From: a virus
Lineage: Duplodnaviria > Caudoviricetes
IMG/VR virus record: IMGVR_UViG_3300032295_002749
Coordinates: 1 to 50,741 of that record
Direction: 5' to 3' (one strand)
Length of the DNA stretch: 50,741 nucleotides
Positions 28,196 to 37,236 of the stretch are shown here, in pieces. A program made the position numbers and the translations under genes. The notes beneath the pieces are model-generated. The model saw nothing but the letters and a program-made list of their open reading frames with translations. It had not been told where the DNA came from and searched no databases. How positions within the stretch are numbered: position 1 is the first letter of the stretch; the number at the start of each line of letters is the position of its first letter.

Positions 28196-28452
28196 TGGCT
28201 GAATCTAAATTCATCACTGAAGAAGAATTGAATCAACTCAAAGGTTTTAAAGCACAACAGAATCAAATTACCTTTGCGTTAGGTGAAATTAACATTAGGA
28301 AAGAAAACTTACTTAGCTCTTACCGTACTATTGCTACTCAAGAGCAGGAATATTATAGTAAGCTCTCCATTAAGTATGGAGATGGTAGTCTCGATTTAAA
28401 TACAGGAGAAATTACACCATTAGAATCACAACCTAATGAACAAGATCTCTGA
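28195..28452 (+). CDS. Small coiled-coil protein (KYG.GS....TGEITP family)
   Basis: 85 aa; paralogue of 28675. Confidence 0.7.
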   Translation: MAESKFITEEELNQLKGFKAQQNQITFALGEINIRKENLLSSYRTIATQEQEYYSKLSIKYGDGSLDLNTGEITPLESQPNEQDL

Positions 28453-28669
28453 GATATTTAAAGCGTGGGTAACCGCCGCTAATCCAACTCCTGAAGAACA
28501 AGCATTGGCTCAATATAGAGCTAATGTTTGTGACTCGTGTGATAAAAAAACTTATGTATCTACAATTAACTCATTTATATGTGGTGAATGTGGATGTCCA
28601 CTAAGTAAAAAAGTATTTAGTCCTAAACCTGGACCTGAAGCTTGCCCATTAGCTAAATGGGAAAAATAA
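28436..28669 (+). CDS. Small Cys-rich putative metal-binding protein
   Basis: R...CDSC...CGECGCPL..K.......CPLAKW. Confidence 0.7.
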   Translation: MNKISEIFKAWVTAANPTPEEQALAQYRANVCDSCDKKTYVSTINSFICGECGCPLSKKVFSPKPGPEACPLAKWEK

Positions 28670-28674
28670 TTGTT

Positions 28675-28938
28675 ATGGCACAACTTACACAAGAAGAATT
28701 ACAATCAGTTAATGATTTGCAAAGAAAATACAACCAAACTCTATTTGAAATTGGTGTAGCTGAAGCACAACGTCTTGCATTACTTGATCAAGTTGAAAAA
28801 CTTGAAAGTAATAAAAAGGGATTACTTAAAGATCTTGAGCTAATTGAGCAAAAAGAAAATGAATTAACTAAGTCTCTCCAAGACAAATACGGAACTGGAT
28901 CTATTAATCCCGAAACCGGAGAAATAACTCCTATCTAA
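28675..28938 (+). CDS. Small coiled-coil protein (KYG.GS....TGEITP family)
   Basis: Start likely MAQLTQEEL at 28675, by alignment with the FITEEEL of 28195. Confidence 0.7.
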   Translation: MAQLTQEELQSVNDLQRKYNQTLFEIGVAEAQRLALLDQVEKLESNKKGLLKDLELIEQKENELTKSLQDKYGTGSINPETGEITPI

Positions 28939-28969
28939 ACATAACCCCGCGTTTTGTAATTGTTTTTAG

Positions 28970-28977
28970 ATATTTAT
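28970..28977 (+). promoter_or_regulatory. ATATTTAT motif
   Basis: 40 nt before the sheath ATG. Confidence 0.6.
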
Positions 28978-29017
28978 CGTTAGATAACTTCTAATTATAT
29001 TCAAAAACAATTAAAAA

Positions 29018-30742
29018 ATGGCAGAAAAAATTATTTCACCTGGTGTTTTTCAGAATGAATCTGATCAATCACTAGTTCAAAGAGGCATTGTAGGAACTGC
29101 TACAGCTATAGTCGGCCCAACTGTGTTAGGTCAACCGTACGTTCCAACATATGTTACTTCTTACACTGAATATGTAGCTAAATTCGGTGAGTCTTTCAAA
29201 AGTGGTAGTTACTACTACGAATATCTTACTTCTCTTGCAGCTAAAGATTATTTTAACAATGGTGGTCAAACATTATTGGTAACTCGTATTATCAGTGGTA
29301 GTACTGGTGTTAGTACTTATGCAAGTGCTAGTGTTAGTTCTATTCTAAGTGCAGGTTCTTCTTCATTTGTCCTTGAAACATTAGCTTGGGGTGATTTGAT
29401 GAATAATAGTGGCAGTATGGTTTCTGGATCTTTAACTAATGGTAATGCAAATAATGTTCGTTGGGAAATTACTAATGTAGATACAGCTAATGGTGTATTT
29501 GGATTAGCAATTCGTGCTGGTAACGATAGTACTGCTCAAACTAATTATCTTGAATCTTGGCCTAACCTATCTTTAGACCCAGCATTACCTAACTTTATTT
29601 CTCGTGTAATCGGTGATTTAAAACCAGTTTATGGTGTTGATAGTGATAGCAACCCTGTTATTCAATATACTGGTTCTTATGCTAATGCTTCTAGATATGT
29701 ACGTGTTGCTTCTGTAACTAATGTACAAGTAGATTCTATTGATAATAATGGATTATATAAATCATCCTCTTTAGCTTCTGGACTTCCAGCTACTGGAAGT
29801 GGTTCAATAGGTGGTGCATTTCTTGGTGGTGTTGCTGCTACAAATGCTGTTCAACTAATGAACGAAAGTATTACAGCAACTAACGTACAAGGATTTGGTG
29901 CTACTGATTATAACAGAGCATTTGGTCTATTGACAAATAAAGATGAATATCAATTCAATGTATTAGCTGCTCCGGGTGTTACTCTTGATAATGCTGCTTC
30001 TGCAACATTAATTTCTACCTGTGAAAATCGTGGTGATGCATTTGCTATTGTAGATACTAAATTATATGGTGCTACAATTACTGCTGCTAAAACCGCTGCT
30101 TCTGCTCAATCTAGCAACTATGCTGCAACTTATTGGCCTTGGGTTCAATTATACTCTAGTGCAATAGGAAAATCAGTTTGGGCTCCAGCTTCAACTGTAA
30201 TAGGTGGTGTATTAGCATTCAACGACCAAGTAGGTGCTGAATGGTTTGCTCCTGCAGGTTTAAACCGTGGTGGTGTTCCTTCAGTATTACGTGCTGAACG
30301 TAAATTATCTCAATCAGATCGCGATACTTTATATACTGCAAATGTTAATCCATTAGCTACATTCCCTGGTGAAGGTGTTGTAGTATTTGGTCAAAAGACA
30401 CTACAGAAAAAACCAACCGCTCTTGATCGCGTAAACGTACGTCGTTTGTTAATTGCATTAAAAGGATATATTGGTCAAGTTGCAAACAACTTAGTATTTG
30501 AACAAAATACAAATGTAACTCGTAACAGATTCTTGTCTCAAGTTAACCCATATCTTGAATCAGTAGTACAACGTCAAGGTTTGTATGCTTACAAGGTAGT
30601 AATGGATGATACCAACAACACGGCTGATGTAATTGATCGTAACCAATTGGTGGGTCAGATTTATATTCAACCAACTAAGACTGCTGAATTTGTTATCTTG
30701 AATTTCAACGTATTACCAACTGGCGCTACATTCCCTGCATAG
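29018..30742 (+). CDS. gp18: Contractile tail sheath protein (T4 gp18-like)
   Basis: SPGVF..E.D N-terminus; YAATYWPW, WFAPAG.NRG, RD.LY...VNP, FGQKTL, RVNVRRLL, FEQN...TR..F, IQPTKTAEFV.LNF. Confidence 0.96.
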   Translation: MAEKIISPGVFQNESDQSLVQRGIVGTATAIVGPTVLGQPYVPTYVTSYTEYVAKFGESFKSGSYYYEYLTSLAAKDYFNNGGQTLLVTRIISGSTGVSTYASASVSSILSAGSSSFVLETLAWGDLMNNSGSMVSGSLTNGNANNVRWEITNVDTANGVFGLAIRAGNDSTAQTNYLESWPNLSLDPALPNFISRVIGDLKPVYGVDSDSNPVIQYTGSYANASRYVRVASVTNVQVDSIDNNGLYKSSSLASGLPATGSGSIGGAFLGGVAATNAVQLMNESITATNVQGFGATDYNRAFGLLTNKDEYQFNVLAAPGVTLDNAASATLISTCENRGDAFAIVDTKLYGATITAAKTAASAQSSNYAATYWPWVQLYSSAIGKSVWAPASTVIGGVLAFNDQVGAEWFAPAGLNRGGVPSVLRAERKLSQSDRDTLYTANVNPLATFPGEGVVVFGQKTLQKKPTALDRVNVRRLLIALKGYIGQVANNLVFEQNTNVTRNRFLSQVNPYLESVVQRQGLYAYKVVMDDTNNTADVIDRNQLVGQIYIQPTKTAEFVILNFNVLPTGATFPA

Positions 30743-30752
30743 GGGATGTAGT
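30725..30752 (+). terminator. Hairpin over the sheath stop codon (terminator or RNA-processing/stabilising stem)
   Basis: GCTACATTCCCT-GCAT-AGGGGATGTAGT, 12-bp stem with two G-U pairs; no clear U-tract. Confidence 0.5.
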
Positions 30753-30757
30753 TGCTA

Positions 30758-30765
30758 ATATTTAT
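30758..30765 (+). promoter_or_regulatory. ATATTTAT motif
   Basis: 25 nt before the tube ATG. Confidence 0.6.
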
Positions 30766-30790
30766 TAATAGCAATAAAAATTAACATAAA

Positions 30791-31276
30791 ATGGCAGTAT
30801 TAGACGCAAACGAAATAATGTTCACAGCGTTTGAACCTAAAGTTCAGAATCGCTTTGTAATGTATATCGACGGTATTCCAGCATACCTAATTAAGAAAGC
30901 TAGTGCACCTGGCTTTGACGCTGGAGAAATCACACTAGACCACATCAACGTTTACCGTAAAATTAAAGGTAAAGTAAAGTGGGACGATGTGAATATGGAA
31001 CTTTACAACCCAATTACCCCTTCTGGTGAACAAGCCGTAATGGAATGGGCTCGTTTAGCACACGAATCAGTAACAGGCCGCGATGGTTATTCTGACTTCT
31101 ATAAGAAAGATATAACACTAAACGTTCTTGGTCCTGTAGGTGATATCGTAGGTGAGTGGATCATCAAAGGTGCTTATGTAAAAACAGCAAAATTCGGTGA
31201 ATACGATTGGGGTGCTTCTGAAGCAGTTAACATAACTATGACTGTAGCTATGGACTATTGCGTATTGAATTTCTAA
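30791..31276 (+). CDS. gp19: Tail tube protein (T4 gp19-like)
   Basis: 161 aa directly after the sheath; EPK..NRF, GKVKWDD, VMEW, YKKDI.L..L.P.G....W...GA motifs. Confidence 0.92.
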   Translation: MAVLDANEIMFTAFEPKVQNRFVMYIDGIPAYLIKKASAPGFDAGEITLDHINVYRKIKGKVKWDDVNMELYNPITPSGEQAVMEWARLAHESVTGRDGYSDFYKKDITLNVLGPVGDIVGEWIIKGAYVKTAKFGEYDWGASEAVNITMTVAMDYCVLNF

Positions 31277-31298
31277 CCATTCCCTATACTCTTCTCAA

Positions 31299-31334
31299 AA
31301 AAGGCGTTTGCTTTGGCAAACGTCTTTTCTTTTT
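31299..31334 (+). terminator. Rho-independent terminator
   Basis: AAAAGGCGTTTGC-TTTG-GCAAACGTCTTTT followed by CTTTTT. Confidence 0.85.
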
Positions 31335-31344
31335 GTATATTTAT
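31312..31344 (+). promoter_or_regulatory. TTTG-N20-TATATTTA(T) promoter overlapping the terminator
   Basis: TTTG is the terminator loop (31312-31315); TATATTTA 31336-31343. Confidence 0.55.
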
Positions 31345-31369
31345 ATATATAAAATAAATAAAACGTTAT

Positions 31370-32116
31370 ATGGCTGAGTTAAAAATTCCAACCGAATTGG
31401 TTTCATTACCTTCAAAAGGTTTGCTTTATCCTGAATCATCTCCTCTATCAAAGGGACAAATTGAAATGAAATATATGACAGCAAAGGAAGAAGATATTCT
31501 TACTAATGTCAATTATATTCGTCAAGGTACTGTACTTGATAAGTTGTTGCAAGCACTAATTATTACTCCAATTGACTACAATGATTTGTTAGTTGGTGAT
31601 AAGAATGCTATTATGATTGCAGCACGTGTTTTGGGTTATGGTAAAGATTATACTTTTAAGTATACTAGAGATGGACAAGAAATAGAAGCATCTGTTGATT
31701 TGTCTTCTTTAGAAGATAAAAAAGTTGATTTTTCTCAATTCAAACGTGGAGTAAATGAATTTGCATATACACTCCCTCATTCAGGTAATCTTATTACCTT
31801 CAGATTATTAACTCACGGTGACGAACAAAAAATCGAAGCCGAAATTAAAGGCCTACAAAAAATCAGCCCAGGATTGTCAGCAGACGTTACTACTCGTCTA
31901 AAATACACTATCACTTCAGTTGAAGGTAAACGTGATCAAAAAGACGTTCGTGAATTTGTTGATAACTATATGATAGCTAGAGATGCAAGGTCATTCCGTG
32001 AATTCTACTCTAAAATATCTCCAGATATTAATTTAACTTATTACCCGGATGGTGCAGAGGAGGGCATAGATATCCCGATGTCTGTTAACTTTTTTTGGCC
32101 TGACGCCGGAATATAG
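31370..32116 (+). CDS. T4 gp26-like baseplate hub assembly / tail assembly chaperone
   Basis: LPSKG..Y, MTAKEEDIL, L.VGD...IMIAAR..GYG; lies between tube and tape measure; ends NFFWPDAGI. Confidence 0.75.
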   Translation: MAELKIPTELVSLPSKGLLYPESSPLSKGQIEMKYMTAKEEDILTNVNYIRQGTVLDKLLQALIITPIDYNDLLVGDKNAIMIAARVLGYGKDYTFKYTRDGQEIEASVDLSSLEDKKVDFSQFKRGVNEFAYTLPHSGNLITFRLLTHGDEQKIEAEIKGLQKISPGLSADVTTRLKYTITSVEGKRDQKDVREFVDNYMIARDARSFREFYSKISPDINLTYYPDGAEEGIDIPMSVNFFWPDAGI

Positions 32117-32384
32117 ATTGTATTTATTCTCCCAAATACATGAAATTGTATTTCATGGTAAGGGAGGATATGATTGGGCTACTGTTTATAATATGCCTGT
32201 TTGGCTTCGTCGCTTTACATTTGAAAAAATTAAAGAGTTTTATGAAAAAGAACGAGAAGCAATGGATAAACAGCAAAATGTTTTAACTAATGATAGTGTA
32301 AAAGATGTAAATAGACCTAATATTACACCCCCATCTAATACTGCCAAAAAACCAACATATGTAACTAAAGCGCCCAAGAAATAG
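32091..32384 (+). CDS. Probable frameshift extension of the chaperone (gpGT-like)
   Basis: Frame open from 32070, reading FFGLTPEYRLYLFSQIHEIVFHGKGGYDW...YNMPVWLRRF; no ATG until the internal MP; overlaps the T7 run at 32090-32096. Confidence 0.65.
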   Translation, partial: FFGLTPEYRLYLFSQIHEIVFHGKGGYDWATVYNMPVWLRRFTFEKIKEFYEKEREAMDKQQNVLTNDSVKDVNRPNITPPSNTAKKPTYVTKAPKK

Positions 32385-32401
32385 GGCGCTTTAATATTTA
32401 T
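32366..32401 (+). promoter_or_regulatory. Hairpin over a stop codon followed by ATATTTAT
   Basis: TAAAGCGCCC-AAGAAATA-GGGCGCTTTA perfect 10-bp stem (32366-32393); motif 32394-32401. Confidence 0.65.
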
Positions 32402-32422
32402 ATTATATACTATTAATACATT

Positions 32423-35400
32423 ATGGCTTTAGGCACTAACCCAGACCCAATAGATCCAAAACAGCTGGTCCTGTTAACTGAACAATATGTTCAATTATTG
32501 ATGCAGGCAAGAAATTTGACTGAAGCAGATGCTAGAAATTTAGCCAATTCTGCAGCTCAGGCTAAAATTTTAAATGCTAGTATTAGAGCAGTACGAGAAG
32601 AATTAAACGATACTGTTTTTGCTTCTGATTCATTAGCTAAAAGTTTTCGTGAAACTTTAGCCGAATTAAAAAATCAAAATGTAACCCTCCAAATAGGAAA
32701 AGGAATATTTAAAGAGCTTACTAATGTAGCTCAAGATTTAACCTATTTTCAACGAGGTATAATAGATTTAGAGGATAAACATTTTAGAAAAAAACAACAA
32801 ACTCTTGATATAAATGAAGATAATTTAAGAAATATACAACAACAATTAGGTAAATTAAATGCCCAAACTAATGAGTATGAATTTCAAATACAAAAAGAAC
32901 AGCTATTATCTAGGTTACAATCATTAAGAGCTCAAAAAGGAGTAAAATTAACAGAAAACCAAACAAGATTATTAAAGCAACTAGAAAAAGAAAAAGATTT
33001 ATTAAACGCTGCCAATAATGCTTTGGATGAAGGTTTACCTTCTTTACAACGTGAATTAGATATTTCTAAAAAAATATACAATGTACGAGAAGATATAGGG
33101 GGATTATCAGGAGCCGCTGCTAAGACTATTTCAGATTATGGACCCGATGTAGCTAGATATTTAAATGTAAATGATGCATTAGAAGCTACTAAAAAGTACA
33201 ATCAAGATATTATTAATAATGCATTAACTAATAAAGATGTACTTAAACAAATACAAGATTTTGAAGAACAACGAGCAAATGCACAACAAAAATCTCTAGA
33301 TATCCAAACTGATATAGGAGTTCTTGAAAATAGATCTTCAAAAGTAGCTAATGCAATGGCTACTATTAATAACAAAAGTGTTAAATCTTTAAAAGATCGA
33401 AATATATTAGCTAGACTTCAAACTGTACAAGATAAGATTAATGCTCAAATTCAACAAAAAGAAATTGATTTACTTGATGAAGAAAAGAGTAAAAAAGGAG
33501 TTATAGCAGATATCGATAAAAAAGAAGCCGCATATAAACTGGATGTTATCAATAGTACTAATAGATCATTTACAGGTTTTGTTAATAGGTTTAAATCATT
33601 AGGTGTATTAGTACAAAATTTAGGAGCAGGACTTAAGAAAACATTAACTGATCCTATTACTATAATAACCTTCTTTATAGGTAAAGCAATTGAAGCTAAT
33701 AAACAATCTGTTGAAACAGGAAAATTATTAGGAATAAGTGCGGATGCTGCTAGTAGGTTAAGAGATAGCTACATAGATTATGCTAATGCTTCAAATAGTA
33801 ATTTTGTTACTCAAACAAGATTAAATAAAGCACAAAATGACTTAGCAACAGCAACCGGAATGACTGTTGCTTTTAGGAAACAAGATTTAGAAACATTTTC
33901 TCGTTTAACTGAATTACAAGGATTATCAAATGAGGAAGCATCTAAAATATTTAGATTAGCTTCTATTACTGGAAAAACATATAAAGGATATGTTAATGAT
34001 GTAGCTAAATCAGCATACTATGCTTCTGTTAATACTAAACAAAATATTACTAGTAAAGAAGCATTACAAGCTATTAGTAAATTAAGTGCAGGTATATTAA
34101 TTAAATTCCGCGGCAATACAGATGCATTAGTAGGTGCCGTAGCTGAAGCTAAAAAGTTAGGATTAACATTAGACCAAATAGATAAAGTTGGTGAATCATT
34201 ATTAAATTGGGAACAATCAATTGAAAATGAATTAAAAGCAGAACTATTAACTGGTCGCCAAATCAATCTAGAAAGAGCTCGCTACGCCGCTTTAACAGGA
34301 GATCAGTTAACTTTAACTAGGGAAATAGCTAGCCAAGTAGGAACATTAGCAGAATATGAAGGAATGAACGTTTTAGCTCAACGCTCATTAGCTGAAGCAT
34401 TTGGATTAAGTAGAGAAGAAATGTCTGAAATGCTTATCCAGCAAGAACTTATTAATAAATACGGAGATGAAGCTGTTAAACTTACAGAGAAACAACGTGA
34501 AGAATTTTTAGCTGCTCAAAAAGCAAGACCTAATTTAACTTTAGGTGAATTTCTTAATGAACAACAACAACAACTAAACATACAACAAAAGTTTAATAAC
34601 GCTGTTGTTAAATTACAAGAACTTATAGGTGGATTAGTAGAAGGACCATTAGGTCGTCTTATTGATCATTTAGCTAACGGCCTTAATATAGTATCTAAAA
34701 TATTTGGTAAATTTGGTCAAATAGGTTCTTTAATAAGAAATACACTTGGTGCTGGTATTGGAGGAAAACTTGGTGATATGGCATCTATTGCCACTATAGG
34801 AACTTTAATAGCATTAGTTACTTCTTCTCTTACTAAAGGTACCCGATTTAATCCAATGGTTGTAACTCCTATGGGTGGTGTTGGTGGGATGGGTGCTGGT
34901 GGTGGAGGAGGATTTTTTGGTAAAGGGGGAAAATTAAGTAACTTTCTTTATGGAGGAGCCAAAACAGCTGCTACTGTAGGCGCTACTACTGGAGCTACTG
35001 CTGGTATTACCGCAGGTACTACTGCTGGAGCTACTGCTGGTGCAACAAACATGGCTGCTAGTACTGTTGGTCCATCAGCAGCTAAAGTAACTTTACCTAG
35101 TGGTGCATATACTCAAGGAGGCCAAGCATTCAGTAAACCAAATGCTGCCGGTGTTTCCAAACCACTATCTGGAGCTGCAGCTAATAATGTAATGAAAGCT
35201 GCTGCTAAGCAAACAGCAGCTCCTGTAACCCCTTCTGTACCTCCTGCTGGAGCTCCTCCTGCTACTGGTGGCGGAAATTGGTTCTCCAAACTAACATCAA
35301 AACTTAATCCTTCTAGTCTATTTAAAGGATTTAGTACAAAAGCTATACTTAAAAGTGCTTCAAAAATAGGGGCCATATCAGGTCTAATTGAAGCTATAAT

Positions 35401-36865
35401 GGCTGCAGGAGATATCAAGGCAATGGTAAATTCTGGAGCTGATAAAGACACAATAAATCAAGCTATAGGAAAAAGAGTACTTGAGGGAATAGGAGGAGTT
35501 TTAGTTGGATCTGTTGTTACAGCCCTTGTAGGTACTCTTACTGGAGGTATGGGATTCCTAGCATCTACTCTTACTTATATGGGAGGAGATTATATAGGAA
35601 GATTACTTTTTGGATTTTTAGCAGATACAATTGGGGCTAAACCTGTTGGTGAAGCAGTAGTAAGTCTATTTGGACTTAAACCATCAGCTACCCCAGAAAT
35701 GCCAGAAACAGAAGCATTAGAAGATGGGGGTACAGTTTTATCTACAGGTATAGCACAAGTAGATAAAGGAGAGGTATATCTAGGTAAAAATTCTAGAGAA
35801 ACATTACAGCTATTAGCTGGTAACTCAATAGCTCAAACTCAATATTTAAAAGTATTAATTACTACTCTTCTTAATACTTTAAATTTAAATCCTCTTACAG
35901 GTGTAATTAATAGTTTAGCTACTAAAGTAACTAATATTACTAAACCATCACCTACTCCCGTTACTACTACTCCAACAACACCCACAATTAATTTTGATGT
36001 AAAACCATTTAATGATGCTGTTAATAAATTATTAACAACACCATTATCAGTAAACATTCAACCTTTAATAGATGCAATAAAAGGAATTAATATTCCTGCA
36101 ACTATCACTTCTAATACAAAAATTGATTTTAATCCACTAATAGATGCAGTTAAAAGAATCAATATTCCTGCTATTAATATTCCTAGCATTAAAATTGATT
36201 TTAATCCATTAATAGATGCAATAAAAGGAATTAATATTTCTTCTACTGTTACTCCTAATGTAAAAATTGATTTTAATCCATTAATAGATGCAATAAAAGG
36301 AATTAACATTCCTTCTGCTACTATTCCTAATATTAAAATCGATTTTACTCCACTTATTGATGTTATTAAAGGAATTACTTTTAATCCAACAATCAATAAT
36401 CAAATTGATTTTACACCGTTAATAGATGCTATCAATAGAATTAATATAGCACCTACTATTAGTAATATATCTCCAATAATCAATAATCAAATTGATTTTA
36501 CTCCTGTTGTTGATGCTATTCGTAAAATTAATATTGCTCCACCACAATTTAATGTATCTGCTGAGGTAGAGGCACCTAAAGTTACATTACCTAGCAATGA
36601 ACAGCCGAAAACTGCTATTCCTCAACCTGTTCCACAATCTTCATTGCCTCTTATTTCGGATACATTAAAATCAATTTATAGTACAGCTGGAACTAAAACA
36701 GAAACTCCGGCTACTCAAAATAATGTTGATATTAAGCCAATGGTTAATGCTATAAATGAGGTTAAATCAACAATATCTTCATTAAAGAGTAGACCAATAA
36801 TACTATATATCGATGGTAAAGCAATAGCAGTGAATGCTAGTCAAAACATTAATGGTTTTGCTTAA
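32423..36865 (+). CDS. Tape measure protein
   Basis: 1480 aa helical/coiled-coil; AKKLGL.L...ESLLNWEQSIENELKAELLTGRQINLERAR; Gly/Ala-rich hydrophobic segments; position after tube and chaperone. Confidence 0.88.
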   Translation: MALGTNPDPIDPKQLVLLTEQYVQLLMQARNLTEADARNLANSAAQAKILNASIRAVREELNDTVFASDSLAKSFRETLAELKNQNVTLQIGKGIFKELTNVAQDLTYFQRGIIDLEDKHFRKKQQTLDINEDNLRNIQQQLGKLNAQTNEYEFQIQKEQLLSRLQSLRAQKGVKLTENQTRLLKQLEKEKDLLNAANNALDEGLPSLQRELDISKKIYNVREDIGGLSGAAAKTISDYGPDVARYLNVNDALEATKKYNQDIINNALTNKDVLKQIQDFEEQRANAQQKSLDIQTDIGVLENRSSKVANAMATINNKSVKSLKDRNILARLQTVQDKINAQIQQKEIDLLDEEKSKKGVIADIDKKEAAYKLDVINSTNRSFTGFVNRFKSLGVLVQNLGAGLKKTLTDPITIITFFIGKAIEANKQSVETGKLLGISADAASRLRDSYIDYANASNSNFVTQTRLNKAQNDLATATGMTVAFRKQDLETFSRLTELQGLSNEEASKIFRLASITGKTYKGYVNDVAKSAYYASVNTKQNITSKEALQAISKLSAGILIKFRGNTDALVGAVAEAKKLGLTLDQIDKVGESLLNWEQSIENELKAELLTGRQINLERARYAALTGDQLTLTREIASQVGTLAEYEGMNVLAQRSLAEAFGLSREEMSEMLIQQELINKYGDEAVKLTEKQREEFLAAQKARPNLTLGEFLNEQQQQLNIQQKFNNAVVKLQELIGGLVEGPLGRLIDHLANGLNIVSKIFGKFGQIGSLIRNTLGAGIGGKLGDMASIATIGTLIALVTSSLTKGTRFNPMVVTPMGGVGGMGAGGGGGFFGKGGKLSNFLYGGAKTAATVGATTGATAGITAGTTAGATAGATNMAASTVGPSAAKVTLPSGAYTQGGQAFSKPNAAGVSKPLSGAAANNVMKAAAKQTAAPVTPSVPPAGAPPATGGGNWFSKLTSKLNPSSLFKGFSTKAILKSASKIGAISGLIEAIMAAGDIKAMVNSGADKDTINQAIGKRVLEGIGGVLVGSVVTALVGTLTGGMGFLASTLTYMGGDYIGRLLFGFLADTIGAKPVGEAVVSLFGLKPSATPEMPETEALEDGGTVLSTGIAQVDKGEVYLGKNSRETLQLLAGNSIAQTQYLKVLITTLLNTLNLNPLTGVINSLATKVTNITKPSPTPVTTTPTTPTINFDVKPFNDAVNKLLTTPLSVNIQPLIDAIKGINIPATITSNTKIDFNPLIDAVKRINIPAINIPSIKIDFNPLIDAIKGINISSTVTPNVKIDFNPLIDAIKGINIPSATIPNIKIDFTPLIDVIKGITFNPTINNQIDFTPLIDAINRINIAPTISNISPIINNQIDFTPVVDAIRKINIAPPQFNVSAEVEAPKVTLPSNEQPKTAIPQPVPQSSLPLISDTLKSIYSTAGTKTETPATQNNVDIKPMVNAINEVKSTISSLKSRPIILYIDGKAIAVNASQNINGFA
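35990..36545 (+). repeat. ~72-bp (24-aa) tandem repeat IDFxPLIDAIKxINI in the tape-measure C-terminus
   Basis: About 8 copies; AAAATTGATTTTAATCC-like starts at about 36119, 36191, 36263 and 36335. Confidence 0.9.
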
Positions 36866-36903
36866 TTTATTTAATTTAATTATAATATAACTATAAAATA
36901 TCA

Positions 36904-36911
36904 ATATTTAT
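36904..36911 (+). promoter_or_regulatory. ATATTTAT motif
   Basis: 16 nt before ATG 36928. Confidence 0.6.
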
Positions 36912-36927
36912 ACCAAACATTAAAACT

Positions 36928-37224
36928 ATGGCAATATTAGACAAATTACCATCTTCTCCACTAGGACTAAGAGGGGAACGCCCAGCAACATTTGATGTAA
37001 ACCCAGCTGCAGCTTTACACAACGTGTATTCAGTTGATGGTGTTCCAAGTGTAAGGTGGGTATCAAGCAACGGAAATGCTGGAATTATTCCTCAACCATC
37101 TCAATTAGATGAATTAGATGTAAACGCTCCTAAACTAAAACCAGTAGGTGTTGTATCTAGCGCATACAAATCTAAAGCTGGTCAGCGTTACAGAGATTTA
37201 GGCCCTGCAGAAGGACGCTATTAA
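36928..37224 (+). CDS. Hypothetical tail/baseplate-region protein
   Basis: 98 aa ORF with its own upstream motif. Confidence 0.65.
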   Translation: MAILDKLPSSPLGLRGERPATFDVNPAAALHNVYSVDGVPSVRWVSSNGNAGIIPQPSQLDELDVNAPKLKPVGVVSSAYKSKAGQRYRDLGPAEGRY

Positions 37225-37236
37225 TAAAAAATATAA

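Noticed and set aside
18452-36545. Tandem repeats (27-bp and 72-bp) considered as CRISPR arrays
   Set aside because: They are in-frame coding repeats with synonymous variation, no unique spacers and no cas genes.
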